Positions 29,437-38,840 of a DNA stretch of 64,000 nucleotides are shown here, piece by piece. The notes under the pieces are model-generated. The model was not told the DNA's origin. It ran no database searches and worked only from the letters and a program-made list of their open reading frames with translations. This DNA is from Promethearchaeota archaeon (GTDB lineage Archaea > Asgardarchaeota > Lokiarchaeia > Sigyniarchaeales > SOKP01). The first letter of the stretch is position 1, and the number at the start of each line of letters is the position of its first letter. A program made the position numbers and the translations under genes. The stretch covers positions 1 to 64,000 of the forward strand of contig JBHLOC010000020.1 of the NCBI GenBank assembly GCA_048940925.1. Reading direction: 5' to 3'.

Positions 29437-30402
29437 TTATAGTTTAGTTCCACAATTTCCACAAAACTTGAAATCTGAAGGTATATTTTTTGCTTGACAT
29501 GAAGGGCATGACACTGAAGGTGGTCCCCATAAAAATTCAGGATGAGGACTTTCTCTTACACCTCTATAATTTGGAGGACGCTTTTCTACAAATGCAGACA
29601 TTCCTTCTAAAGGCTCCCAAGAAGCGTAATGAATCGATAACCAATCTTTTGCATGTCCAATTGTTTGATGCCAAACAAGATCCTTCCAGAAATTAACCTG
29701 CTGTTTTGTGTATCTCATACATTCTGGAAATTTATCAATAAGTTTCTGACAATACTTATCTATTTCATCATCTATTTCAGAGTATGGTACTACAGAATTT
29801 ACCAAACCCCATTCTAATGCTTTCTGTGCTGATATTGGTTCACACAAATATAAAATTTCTCTTGCTCGACGATCGCCAACGATAATAGGTAACCACTGAG
29901 TAGCACCACCACAAGCAACAGATCCAACTCTCGTTCCTACTTGTTGAATAGTGGCATGTTCGGCAGCTACAGCTAGATCACAGGCCATTTGCCATTCATT
30001 ACCTCCACCTGCCACTATACCATTAATTCTTGCTAGAGTAGGTTTCCCAATATTACGGAATACATCATGAGCTTCTTGGAAAATACTCATCCATTTCCAA
30101 TATTCAGCGGGTTGAATAGTAAATCTTTCTCTATACTCTTTTACATCACCCCCCGTACAAAAAGCTTTGTCTCCTGCTCCTGTTAAGATAATAACTGCAA
30201 CTTTATTATCCCAAGCAGCATCATGAAAAGCTTCAATCATTTCCATTAATGTAAGAGTTGAATAAGCATTATAGACTTCTGGACGATTAATAGTAACTTT
30301 TGCTTTCCAATCGTTTTTTTCATAAATTATTTCTTTAAAATCGAATTCATTTGGATCTTTAGGTTTAAAATTTGGTTCTTGTGTATAAGTCATTACTACC
30401 AC
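29437..30402 (-). CDS. oah: 6-oxocyclohex-1-ene-1-carbonyl-CoA hydrolase (BzdY/Oah) with C-terminal Zn ribbon
   Basis: FCTGGDVKEY, GGGNEWQMACD, VGSVACGGATQWLP; CPSC..CGNC tail; synteny. Confidence 0.82.
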   Translation of the reverse strand: MVVMTYTQEPNFKPKDPNEFDFKEIIYEKNDWKAKVTINRPEVYNAYSTLTLMEMIEAFHDAAWDNKVAVIILTGAGDKAFCTGGDVKEYRERFTIQPAEYWKWMSIFQEAHDVFRNIGKPTLARINGIVAGGGNEWQMACDLAVAAEHATIQQVGTRVGSVACGGATQWLPIIVGDRRAREILYLCEPISAQKALEWGLVNSVVPYSEIDDEIDKYCQKLIDKFPECMRYTKQQVNFWKDLVWHQTIGHAKDWLSIHYASWEPLEGMSAFVEKRPPNYRGVRESPHPEFLWGPPSVSCPSCQAKNIPSDFKFCGNCGTKL

Positions 30403-30496
30403 TTCAATACTTAATTTTTTTGATTTCTTTTATTTTTATTATTATTCTTAGATAGTTTTACAAATTCATTTAAAATTTGTTAATAGAAAACGTTTT

Positions 30497-30514
30497 GTGG
30501 GAATAAAATACCAC
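30497..30514. promoter_or_regulatory. 18-bp palindromic operator candidate, copy 1 (GTGGG AATAAAAT ACCAC)
   Basis: In the divergent spacer upstream of oah; matches copies at 31498 and 38762. Confidence 0.6.
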
Positions 30515-30622
30515 TAAAAGCACAATTTAGATAGAATATTAAAAGGAGTAATATTTAAACCAAACATAATGATTATACTTATTGTAGATTCTAATAAAAA
30601 TTGTTAATGAGAAAGATTAATA

Positions 30623-30904
30623 GTGGTTTCAGATAAAGAAAAAAATATAAATAAAAATGAACTAGACATTCCACATAGAGGTAAAAACTGGGAGAGAGGA
30701 TTCACCATAGAAGAACATAGAGTAAAAGAATATGTCGAATTGTATGAATCAATCGGATATGAAACACGAGTTGAACCCGCAACTCCTGATGAGATTGAAG
30801 GGTGTCAAGCATGTTTTAAAGCTGAATTTGATAATTTAAGAACTATTTACATTAGAAGAAAAGAAAATAAGAATAATGAAATGAATTTAAACGAATTATT
30901 ATAA
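30623..30904 (+). CDS. small hypothetical protein with CxxC
   Basis: 93-aa ORF, WER.FTIEE.RVKEYVELYESIGYE, CQAC; divergent from oah. Confidence 0.7.
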   Translation: MVSDKEKNINKNELDIPHRGKNWERGFTIEEHRVKEYVELYESIGYETRVEPATPDEIEGCQACFKAEFDNLRTIYIRRKENKNNEMNLNELL

Positions 30905-30992
30905 TGGATTATTATCCTGTTTAAAACAAATAATTTTTTGAAGAAATTGCTTTTCATCAATATTTTTATCTCTATTTTCATTAACTAAATTT

Positions 30993-31433
30993 ATGTCAAG
31001 ACTAGAACCTGTTAAATTTGAAGATTTTAAAGAGGGTGATTCTGCTTCATTCTCAAAAACCATAACTGAGGCAGATGTAACATTGTTTGCTGGAATTTCT
31101 GGAGATTTCAACCCTTTACATATTAATGAAGAATTTGCGAAAACTCAGATGTTTGGGAAACGTGTTGTTCATGGAGCATTTAGTTCTGCGTTAATTTCAG
31201 CAGTGCTCGGAGCTCATTTGTTTGGTCCAGGAGCCCTCTATGCTTCTCAAAAAGTTGTATTCAAGAAACCTGTCTTTATTGGAGATACAGTGACCGCCGT
31301 GGCAACAATCTCAAAAAAATATACTAAAGAGGGTAGGAGTGGAACATTGCAATTTCTTGATGTTGAGACCAAGGTATATAATCAAAAGAATGAAATAGTT
31401 ACTGATGGAGAAGCACAGGTAATTGTAATGTAA
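30993..31433 (+). CDS. MaoC/PhaJ-like (R)-enoyl-CoA hydratase
   Basis: FAGISGDFNPLH hydratase motif, HG, hotdog fold. Confidence 0.9.
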   Translation: MSRLEPVKFEDFKEGDSASFSKTITEADVTLFAGISGDFNPLHINEEFAKTQMFGKRVVHGAFSSALISAVLGAHLFGPGALYASQKVVFKKPVFIGDTVTAVATISKKYTKEGRSGTLQFLDVETKVYNQKNEIVTDGEAQVIVM

Positions 31434-31497
31434 ACTTATCTTTTTTTCAATTCATTTATATTTTCCTATTTTTTTTTAATTATTTATCCTTTACCAT

Positions 31498-31515
31498 ATG
31501 GGAAATTTTACCCAC
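31498..31515. promoter_or_regulatory. 18-bp palindromic operator candidate, copy 2 (ATGGG AAATTTTA CCCAC)
   Basis: Upstream of the CoA ligase-thiolase unit; its reverse complement GTGGGTAAAATTTCCCAT matches copy 3 at 16/18. Confidence 0.65.
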
Positions 31516-31686
31516 ATTTAATTACGATGTTTAGCTAACCTTTGAGCTGTTTTAGGAGTGACTGGTACAAGGTAAACATTATAAAAAGAAAGATATATTA
31601 ATTAATATGATATTTTAAAATCAAATTAATTTTTGTTTAGAAATCGTTCAGAGTTATTAATAAAATGAATAAAGGAGAATAAATTA

Positions 31687-33252
31687 ATGTCATGGCTTAA
31701 TATTGGTGAAATTGTCAGGGTTAATGCTCATAAATATCCAAATAAACTTGCTTTGAAAGATGCTAAACGTCAGCTAACATTTAAACAATTAGATGAAAGA
31801 ACCAATAAACTTGCGAATGGAATTCTTAAAAGTGGTATAAATAAAGGAGATAAGGTAGCAATCTTATCTAACAATTCAATTGAATTTATGGAACTCTACG
31901 TCGCCGCTGCTAAGGGAGGGTTTATTACCGTCCCAATAAGCTTTCGCTTGCATCCAGATGATGTTTTTTATATAATTAAGAACTCAGATGCGAAGATATT
32001 AATCGTAGAATCCCGATTCCGTGAATTTACTGAAAAATCATGGAAAAACGCAAAAGAAAGAGGAGTAGACAGAGTTGAACTTATATTAATCTCTGACGAG
32101 CCTCGTGATGGCTGGAAGAACTATGAAGATATTATAGAAGAGGGTAAAAATACTTATCCATCCATTGAAATAAAGACAGAAGACACATGGATAATCCTTT
32201 ATACATCAGGGACTACAGGGAAACCAAAAGGGGTGATACGCTCCCATCGTTCTTATATTGCTTTTTTTTTAATTAATGAAGTAGAATTCTCTTTTACTCC
32301 TCAAGATTATGGAATGATTTTGATGCCACTCTCTCATGTAAATTCCACATTCTATTCTTTTGTTTTTACTTACATTGGAGCACCAGTTTATATACATATT
32401 GAGTATAAATTTAATCCAGAAGAGATTTTAAAAATAATTGATCAAGAGAAGATAACCTTTACTTCGATGATACCTACTCATTATAATCTGATATTAAGTC
32501 TTCCTGAAGAGAATAAAAAAAAATACGATTTAAGTTCTATGCGAGCTCTTTTAACCTCTTCAGCTCCTGCAACTAAACAAATGAAACTAGATGTAATGGA
32601 TCTTTTTAAACAAGCTCAACTCTTTGAAGCTTATGGTTCAACTGAAGCAGGCCTTGTCACAATCCTCAGACCTGAAGATCAAATGAATAAGTTAGGCTCC
32701 ATTGGAAAAGAATGTATTGGAACTGATATAATTCAAATATTGGATGAACAAGGAAATCCAGTATCTGTAGGAGAAGTTGGTGAATTATATTCCCGCGGAC
32801 CACAAATGTTTGGTGAGTATTACAAATTACCAGAAAAAACAAGAGAATCTTTCAATGGTGAATTTTTTAGCGCAGGTGATATGGCTAAAAAAGATGAAGA
32901 TGGATTTTATTACCTTGTAGATAGGAAGGCTAATATGATTATTACAGGTGGAGAACATGTTTTTCCCTCCGAAGTTGAAAAAATTATTGTGTCACATCCA
33001 CACGTTATTGAATGTGCTGTAATTGGTCTACAAGATTATAAATGGGGGGAGGAAGTGACTGCTGTTTGTGTTTTAAAGGAAGAAGTGGCATCTTCAGATG
33101 AATTCACCAAAGAAATCCGACAATTTTGCGAAAACAAATTAGCACGATTTAAGATCCCGAAAAAGGTCTTATGTATTGATCCTGAAGAGATGCCAAGGAC
33201 GGGTTCAGGTAAAGTAATTCATCGAATATTAAGAGAACGATTTAATGAATAG
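31687..33252 (+). CDS. AMP-dependent acyl/aryl-CoA ligase
   Basis: YTSGTTGKPKG, EAYGSTEAG, SAGD, PRTGSGK. Confidence 0.9.
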   Translation: MSWLNIGEIVRVNAHKYPNKLALKDAKRQLTFKQLDERTNKLANGILKSGINKGDKVAILSNNSIEFMELYVAAAKGGFITVPISFRLHPDDVFYIIKNSDAKILIVESRFREFTEKSWKNAKERGVDRVELILISDEPRDGWKNYEDIIEEGKNTYPSIEIKTEDTWIILYTSGTTGKPKGVIRSHRSYIAFFLINEVEFSFTPQDYGMILMPLSHVNSTFYSFVFTYIGAPVYIHIEYKFNPEEILKIIDQEKITFTSMIPTHYNLILSLPEENKKKYDLSSMRALLTSSAPATKQMKLDVMDLFKQAQLFEAYGSTEAGLVTILRPEDQMNKLGSIGKECIGTDIIQILDEQGNPVSVGEVGELYSRGPQMFGEYYKLPEKTRESFNGEFFSAGDMAKKDEDGFYYLVDRKANMIITGGEHVFPSEVEKIIVSHPHVIECAVIGLQDYKWGEEVTAVCVLKEEVASSDEFTKEIRQFCENKLARFKIPKKVLCIDPEEMPRTGSGKVIHRILRERFNE

Positions 33253-33316
33253 AATAATAATAATTAAATAATTTTTTAAAAAGAGTAATTGGGAATTAAA
33301 TAAGGATGTAAAACTA

Positions 33317-34525
33317 ATGTCTTTTAAAAATGCCTATATACCATATGGTCAATACTGGAGTACACCTTTTAGTAGGTGGCAGGGAAGTTTCCAAAATCTC
33401 CATGCTATTAAATTTGCAGCAGAAATCACAACAAAATTTTTAAGCAGTAGAGATATATCACCTAAAGAATTTGATGAAGTTATATTGGGTATTACTATAC
33501 CGCAACTCAATTGTTTCTATGGAGGACCTTGGTTAGCGAGTATGATCGGAGCTAAACACACTACAGGACCTATGATCAGTCAAGCTTGCGCTACTGGAAC
33601 CAATACTGTCTCAATTGCTGCACAAAATATAGAAACAGGAATAAATAAAAATGTTCTTGTCATATGTGCAGACCGATGTTCTAATGGACCTCATTTAGCA
33701 TACCCAAATCCTCAAGCACCCGGTAGCACCTTAGATTCAGAAAATTGGGTATGGGATAATTTTGGATATGACCCTTATGCCAAAAATGCTATGATTGAGA
33801 CAGCTGAAAATGTAGTTAAAGAAGTAGGGATCTCAAGAAAAGATCAAGATGATTTAACTATGCTACGTTACAATCAATATCAAGATGCTTTAAAAGATAA
33901 TAGATCTTTTCAAAAAAGATACATGATAAGTCCAATTGAAGTTAAGGATCGTTCAGGTCGAAAAGTATTAGCTACTGTAGAAGGAGATGAAGGGATTTAT
34001 CCAACTACAATGGAAGGACTTTTAAAACTAAAACCTGTTCTTCCAGAAGGCACAGTTACTTATGGAACACAAACACATCCCGCAGATGCTAACTGTGGTG
34101 TTATAGTAACTACAAAACAGAAAGCTGAACAATTAAAGAAAAGGGAAGATGTCGAGGTGAGAATTGTGTCTTATGGTGCACATAAAACTAAGAAAGGATA
34201 CATGGCCATGGCAATTGTTCCTGCAGCTAAAAAAGCGTTAGATAGAGCAGAGATCTCTATAGCAGATGTATCAGTAATTAAAACACATAATCCTTTTGCT
34301 GTGAATGATATATATTTCTGTAAGGAAATGGATGTCGATTGGAAAAATATGAACAATTATGGGAGTTCCCTTATTTTTGGTCATCCCCAAGCGCCTACAA
34401 TGTTGAGAATAATAATAGAATTGATAGAAGAATTGGTATTAAAAGGAGGAGGATATGGGTTAGCAGACGGTTGTGCCGCTGGGGATACAGCCGCAGCTTT
34501 AATCTTGGAAGTAAAAATAGATTGA
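33317..34525 (+). CDS. thiolase (divergent HNPF type)
   Basis: QACATG nucleophile, HNPFAVND in place of NEAF, GHP, GCAAG. Confidence 0.88.
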   Translation: MSFKNAYIPYGQYWSTPFSRWQGSFQNLHAIKFAAEITTKFLSSRDISPKEFDEVILGITIPQLNCFYGGPWLASMIGAKHTTGPMISQACATGTNTVSIAAQNIETGINKNVLVICADRCSNGPHLAYPNPQAPGSTLDSENWVWDNFGYDPYAKNAMIETAENVVKEVGISRKDQDDLTMLRYNQYQDALKDNRSFQKRYMISPIEVKDRSGRKVLATVEGDEGIYPTTMEGLLKLKPVLPEGTVTYGTQTHPADANCGVIVTTKQKAEQLKKREDVEVRIVSYGAHKTKKGYMAMAIVPAAKKALDRAEISIADVSVIKTHNPFAVNDIYFCKEMDVDWKNMNNYGSSLIFGHPQAPTMLRIIIELIEELVLKGGGYGLADGCAAGDTAAALILEVKID

Positions 34526-34564
34526 AATACTCAAAATTATGATTAAAATTTAACTAAAATTAAG

Positions 34565-35800
34565 GTGTCTTTGATGCGAAGAAAAGAAATAGCAGCGACT
34601 AAAGAATTAAAACAAATAATGACTGATTATTATTATGAGTTAGATGACGCTTCTAAGAGTTATGATAAAAAAATCGCATGGTGCTCAAGTGTTGGACCTG
34701 CTGAAATCTTAAGAAGCCTAGGATTTCAAGTTTATTTTCCGGAGAACCATAGCGCAATGTTAGGATCAACTAGAATGGCAACTGATTTAATACCATACGC
34801 TAATGCAATAGGTTATTCGCCTGAAATCTGTTCATATCTTACTGCTGATATAGGGGCATATCTAAAAAAAGTTACACCATTATCACGGGCTTATCCTGGT
34901 ATTAATTCTATACCAAAACCTGATGTGCTGGTATTTAATACAAATCAATGTAGAGAGGTTCAAGACTGGTTCCGATGGTTTTCTGAGGAATATAAAGTTC
35001 CTTTATTGGGTATCTATACACCTAGGACAATAGACGAGGTCACTGATTCAGTTATTACATTTATAGCAGAGCAGATGGAGGAGCTTGTTAAATCCTTAGA
35101 ACAGATATCAAGAGCTAGATTTGATATAAATGATCTTAAAAGGGTCGTTTCACTCTCACGTAAATGCTCTGATCTTTGGAAAGAGGTGTTAGATACAGCT
35201 GCAAACACACCTTCACCAATAACATTCTTTGATGGCACCGTCCATATGGGTCCTGCCGTGGTTTTGAGAGGAACCCAACAAGCAGTGGATTATTATAAAA
35301 CTTTACTGTCAGAATTAAAAGAGAGAGTAAAAAATCACGAGGGTGCTATAGATGATGAACGATATAGAATTTATTGGGAAGGAATGCCTATATGGGGTCG
35401 ACTTAGACACTATTCTGAGTTGTTTGCGAGCCTCAAAGTTTGTGTCGTGGCCTCCACCTATTGCAATAGTTGGATTTTTACTGCTTTTGACAATAAAGAT
35501 CCTTTTAAAAGCATGGCAAAAGCGTATACTAACCTATTTATAGTACGTTCAGATGAATATAAAGAGGAATATCTCAAGAACATGGTAGAATTCTTTAAAG
35601 TTGATGGAATTTTGTTTCATGATGCAAAAACTTGTCCACATAATACAAATGCTCGCTATGGAATGCCACAAAGACTTGAAATAAAAGCAGGAGTGCCAAA
35701 TTTGATTATAAACGGGGATTTAAATGATTTAAGATGTCTTTCTGATGAGCAATCAAGAACAAGTATAGAAGCCTTTATTGAACAGTTAGAGGAAGGTTAA
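34565..35800 (+). CDS. 2-hydroxyacyl-CoA dehydratase (HgdA/B, BcrB family) subunit
   Basis: FPENH, ICSYL, NQC, KTCP, GDLND..RTSIEAFIE. Confidence 0.88.
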   Translation: MSLMRRKEIAATKELKQIMTDYYYELDDASKSYDKKIAWCSSVGPAEILRSLGFQVYFPENHSAMLGSTRMATDLIPYANAIGYSPEICSYLTADIGAYLKKVTPLSRAYPGINSIPKPDVLVFNTNQCREVQDWFRWFSEEYKVPLLGIYTPRTIDEVTDSVITFIAEQMEELVKSLEQISRARFDINDLKRVVSLSRKCSDLWKEVLDTAANTPSPITFFDGTVHMGPAVVLRGTQQAVDYYKTLLSELKERVKNHEGAIDDERYRIYWEGMPIWGRLRHYSELFASLKVCVVASTYCNSWIFTAFDNKDPFKSMAKAYTNLFIVRSDEYKEEYLKNMVEFFKVDGILFHDAKTCPHNTNARYGMPQRLEIKAGVPNLIINGDLNDLRCLSDEQSRTSIEAFIEQLEEG

Positions 35801-35934
35801 TATTAATAGAGAAATTCAAGAATGGAAATAATCTAGAATAATTTTTTAAAGAATTACATATAAAAATTGTTGTATATCAAAATAAAATTATGGTAGAAAA
35901 TACTAATAAATATCCTATATGAGAAAGAGAGAAA

Positions 35935-36402
35935 ATGCCTAATATAAAAGCAATTGAAATAAAGAACTATATTGGTAAAAAATTTGTTACAAGATGGTAT
36001 CAAGTAACCCAAGAAGCTATAAATAAATTTGCTGATCTCACAAAAGATCACCAATATATTCATATTAACCCTGAAAGAGCAGAAGGATCAATTTATGGTC
36101 AAACTGTTGCTCATGGATTCTTTGTGCTATCTATGTTAGGCTTTTTTACATTACAAAATGGTGACAGAGATTTAATGCAATTTTATATAACAGATGCAAA
36201 AGCAATAATTAATTATGGATTTGACAAAATTAGGTTTATATCTGCTGTTCCAGTTGGATCTCATATTCGTGATGTTTCTTATATTTCAAAAGTGGAGTTA
36301 GTTGAAAGAGGTATGAAATTTATCTCACACCATACAATTGAAATCAAAGGACAAACCCAACCGGCGGTTGTCGCAGATTGGATTAATTTGCTTATTTTAT
36401 AA
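35935..36402 (+). CDS. MaoC/NodN-like hotdog hydratase
   Basis: FADLTKDHQYIH, AHGF, NYGFDKIRF. Confidence 0.9.
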   Translation: MPNIKAIEIKNYIGKKFVTRWYQVTQEAINKFADLTKDHQYIHINPERAEGSIYGQTVAHGFFVLSMLGFFTLQNGDRDLMQFYITDAKAIINYGFDKIRFISAVPVGSHIRDVSYISKVELVERGMKFISHHTIEIKGQTQPAVVADWINLLIL

Positions 36403-36413
36403 AATTTTTTTCT

Positions 36414-36695
36414 TTAACCCCCAATAAGGGGAGGAGATATAACAATTATATCCCCCTCTTTTAATTTAGTATTCAATTCTTCTAAAAATAAGTAGTTTCT
36501 TCCATTTACTAGAATGACTACATGGCTCTCTAGTTTTCCTTGAGAATTAACAAAATTTTTTCTTAATTTTTTTCCATGTTTTTCCATAAATTGATCAATT
36601 ACATCACTTAATTTATTCACATCTGAATAATCGATCTGTGTTAATCCCACATCGGTTGAAAATATTGTCATCAATTTAAGGGTGACATTTACCAT
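36414..36695 (-). CDS. MoaD/ThiS/SAMP family sulfur carrier
   Basis: ILVNGRN...PPLIGG C-terminus; near the W-AOR gene. Confidence 0.9.
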   Translation of the reverse strand: MVNVTLKLMTIFSTDVGLTQIDYSDVNKLSDVIDQFMEKHGKKLRKNFVNSQGKLESHVVILVNGRNYLFLEELNTKLKEGDIIVISPPLIGG

Positions 36696-36834
36696 TAAAT
36701 CACTAATATTATGATTTTGTTAAAAATCTTATCCAATAGAATTATAAAGGTTAATAACAAGGTTAAAAACATTTTATTCTATTCTAAAAATAATAGATTA
36801 ATTAGTTAATATGTAAATCACCTTTTAAAATCAT

Positions 36835-38385
36835 TTGACATCTATGAATTCTAAAGATAGAATTACTGAACAATTGAAACAGATTGTAAAAAAAGATAGA
36901 ATTTTAACAGATTTAGAAGACCGTTATGTATATTCTTTTGAAAAAATTTTCCTTGATAGATTTATAATAGAACCAGACATTATTATTAGAGTCTCTTCAT
37001 TGAAGGAAGAAAATGAAATAAAAAGATTTATCGAAAAAGAAGATGCTATTTTAATTGAAAGGGGTAAAACTTTAACACACCTTGAAAACAAATCTCTCAA
37101 GAATTTAGTCTTATTAGATAATATCGAGATTCCTACACTTAAAAATTGCATCGATAACATTGGAAAAGATGATGGAATTATTACAAAATTCGACAAATTT
37201 GATATTAAAGGCTATGGAACTTATAGAAATATTGCTTTGGCAGTACAAAACTTATTTTTCGGAAAGACTCTAAATAAGTGCCAACAATGCATCACCTGTA
37301 CTGGTTATTGTACAATATCACACTCTTTTGGTGGGATTGAAACTTGGTCTTCAAAGGGAAGATTACTCATAGCTCGAGGAATAATGAAAGGAGATTTAAC
37401 CTTTTCAGACAAGATTATTAATATTTTATATACGTGTACAACATGTGGACTTTGTTTTGCCCAATGTTTTGATGATTTAGAATTTCATGAAGCGATACTC
37501 TATCTGAGACATAAAATAGCTGAAAACAATTTGGTTCCACAGATTTTTCACACTACAGCTGACAACATTTTTGAACATGGGAATCCGGGAGCTATACCTA
37601 TAAACCGTCGCCTTTCAAGAGTAAAGAATATATCTAAATTAAGTTTACCAGATAAATCTGATAATTTATGTTGGTTAGGGTGTACAGTTGTAACTCGAAC
37701 TCCAAAAATAGCTGACGCTTTTCTCAATATTTTAAACCGAACTAATACTGAAATCACGATGCTTGGAAAAGAGGAAGGATGTTGTGGTTACGTTTTAATA
37801 TCATCAGGATTATGGGAAGAAGCTAAAAAAGTTGCTAATGATGTGATTAGAAGAGTTGAAAAAACCAAAGCTAAAACTTTAATAACACCTTGTTCAGGTT
37901 GCTATTACACCTTCAAACACCTTTATCCTGAAATTCTTAATATTGATATGCCATGCGAGATATTTCACTCCTCTCAATTTCTTGAAAATATAGTAAAGCA
38001 TCAAAAAATAAGGCTTAAACCTCTGAATCTAAATGTTACATACCATGATCCCTGTTCTCTTGGAAGACATAGTAAAGTTTACGATCCTCCACGCAATGTA
38101 TTGAAAGCAATACCTAATCTTAACCTTATTGAAATGCCACTGAATAGGAATTGCTCTCGATGTTGCGGAGGTGGAGGTGGACTTTGGACATTTAATAATA
38201 ATGTAAGTTTAGAAACAACTCAAACAAAACTAAAAGAAGATTTGATCCCTTTAAATGTTAATATTTTAACAACCGCATGCCCACAATGCCAACTAAACTT
38301 CCGGTTCGCTTCTCATATGAAAAATTTTCCTAGCAATTTCTTAAAAATATATGATATTATTGAATTATTTGAATCAGCGATGTAG
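36835..38385 (+). CDS. HdrD/GlcF-like Fe-S oxidoreductase with partial GlcD-like N-terminus
   Basis: CTTCGLCFAQC, WLGC, GCCG, YHDPC, RCCGGGG, TACPQC. Confidence 0.85.
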   Translation: MTSMNSKDRITEQLKQIVKKDRILTDLEDRYVYSFEKIFLDRFIIEPDIIIRVSSLKEENEIKRFIEKEDAILIERGKTLTHLENKSLKNLVLLDNIEIPTLKNCIDNIGKDDGIITKFDKFDIKGYGTYRNIALAVQNLFFGKTLNKCQQCITCTGYCTISHSFGGIETWSSKGRLLIARGIMKGDLTFSDKIINILYTCTTCGLCFAQCFDDLEFHEAILYLRHKIAENNLVPQIFHTTADNIFEHGNPGAIPINRRLSRVKNISKLSLPDKSDNLCWLGCTVVTRTPKIADAFLNILNRTNTEITMLGKEEGCCGYVLISSGLWEEAKKVANDVIRRVEKTKAKTLITPCSGCYYTFKHLYPEILNIDMPCEIFHSSQFLENIVKHQKIRLKPLNLNVTYHDPCSLGRHSKVYDPPRNVLKAIPNLNLIEMPLNRNCSRCCGGGGGLWTFNNNVSLETTQTKLKEDLIPLNVNILTTACPQCQLNFRFASHMKNFPSNFLKIYDIIELFESAM

Positions 38386-38397
38386 ATTGAAAAATAA

Positions 38398-38556
38398 TTA
38401 TTGTTTTGCCAAACCTCGAATTTTAGGTTGACCTGGCCATGGCCATGAGATTCTATATTTAATTTTACAGTTAGGACATGTAGCCTCTTTTACATTTGGT
38501 TGGATTGAGAAACGTTCTAAACAATTTAAACATCTACATCGAGAAGTTTCACTCAT
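38398..38556 (-). CDS. 52-aa Zn-ribbon protein (not in ORF track)
   Basis: MSETSRCRCLNCLERFSIQPNVKEATCPNCKIKYRISWPWPGQPKIRGLAKQ*; GATGTGA RBS-like sequence 7 nt upstream. Confidence 0.75.
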   Translation of the reverse strand: MSETSRCRCLNCLERFSIQPNVKEATCPNCKIKYRISWPWPGQPKIRGLAKQ

Positions 38557-38761
38557 ATCTGAATCACATCTTTCTTTAAAATGTTAGGTTTGATATTACT
38601 AGATATAATCTATTGCAAAAATCTAATTTAATTGAATTAATTATTAATTTTCGTTGAAATATTTAAATCTAATGGAAGATTCAAATAACAAGTAAATTAA
38701 TCTAAGTGTACAGCGATTATTATTAAAAATTTACCTTCTAAATTCAAATTCTGTAGTAGAT

Positions 38762-38779
38762 GTGGGTCAAAATTCCCAT
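38762..38779. promoter_or_regulatory. 18-bp palindromic operator candidate, copy 3 (GTGGG TCAAAATT CCCAT)
   Basis: About 60 nt upstream of the inferred aor start. Confidence 0.65.
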
Positions 38780-38840
38780 CGCGTTAAAATAATTAATGAT
38801 TCTGTACTTAATAAAGTTAATGAAATAAAGGTGGTAAATT

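Noticed and set aside
31687-33252. Naming this ligase benzoate-CoA ligase (bzdA/badA)
   Set aside because: Only generic adenylate-forming motifs are visible; specificity cannot be read from the sequence
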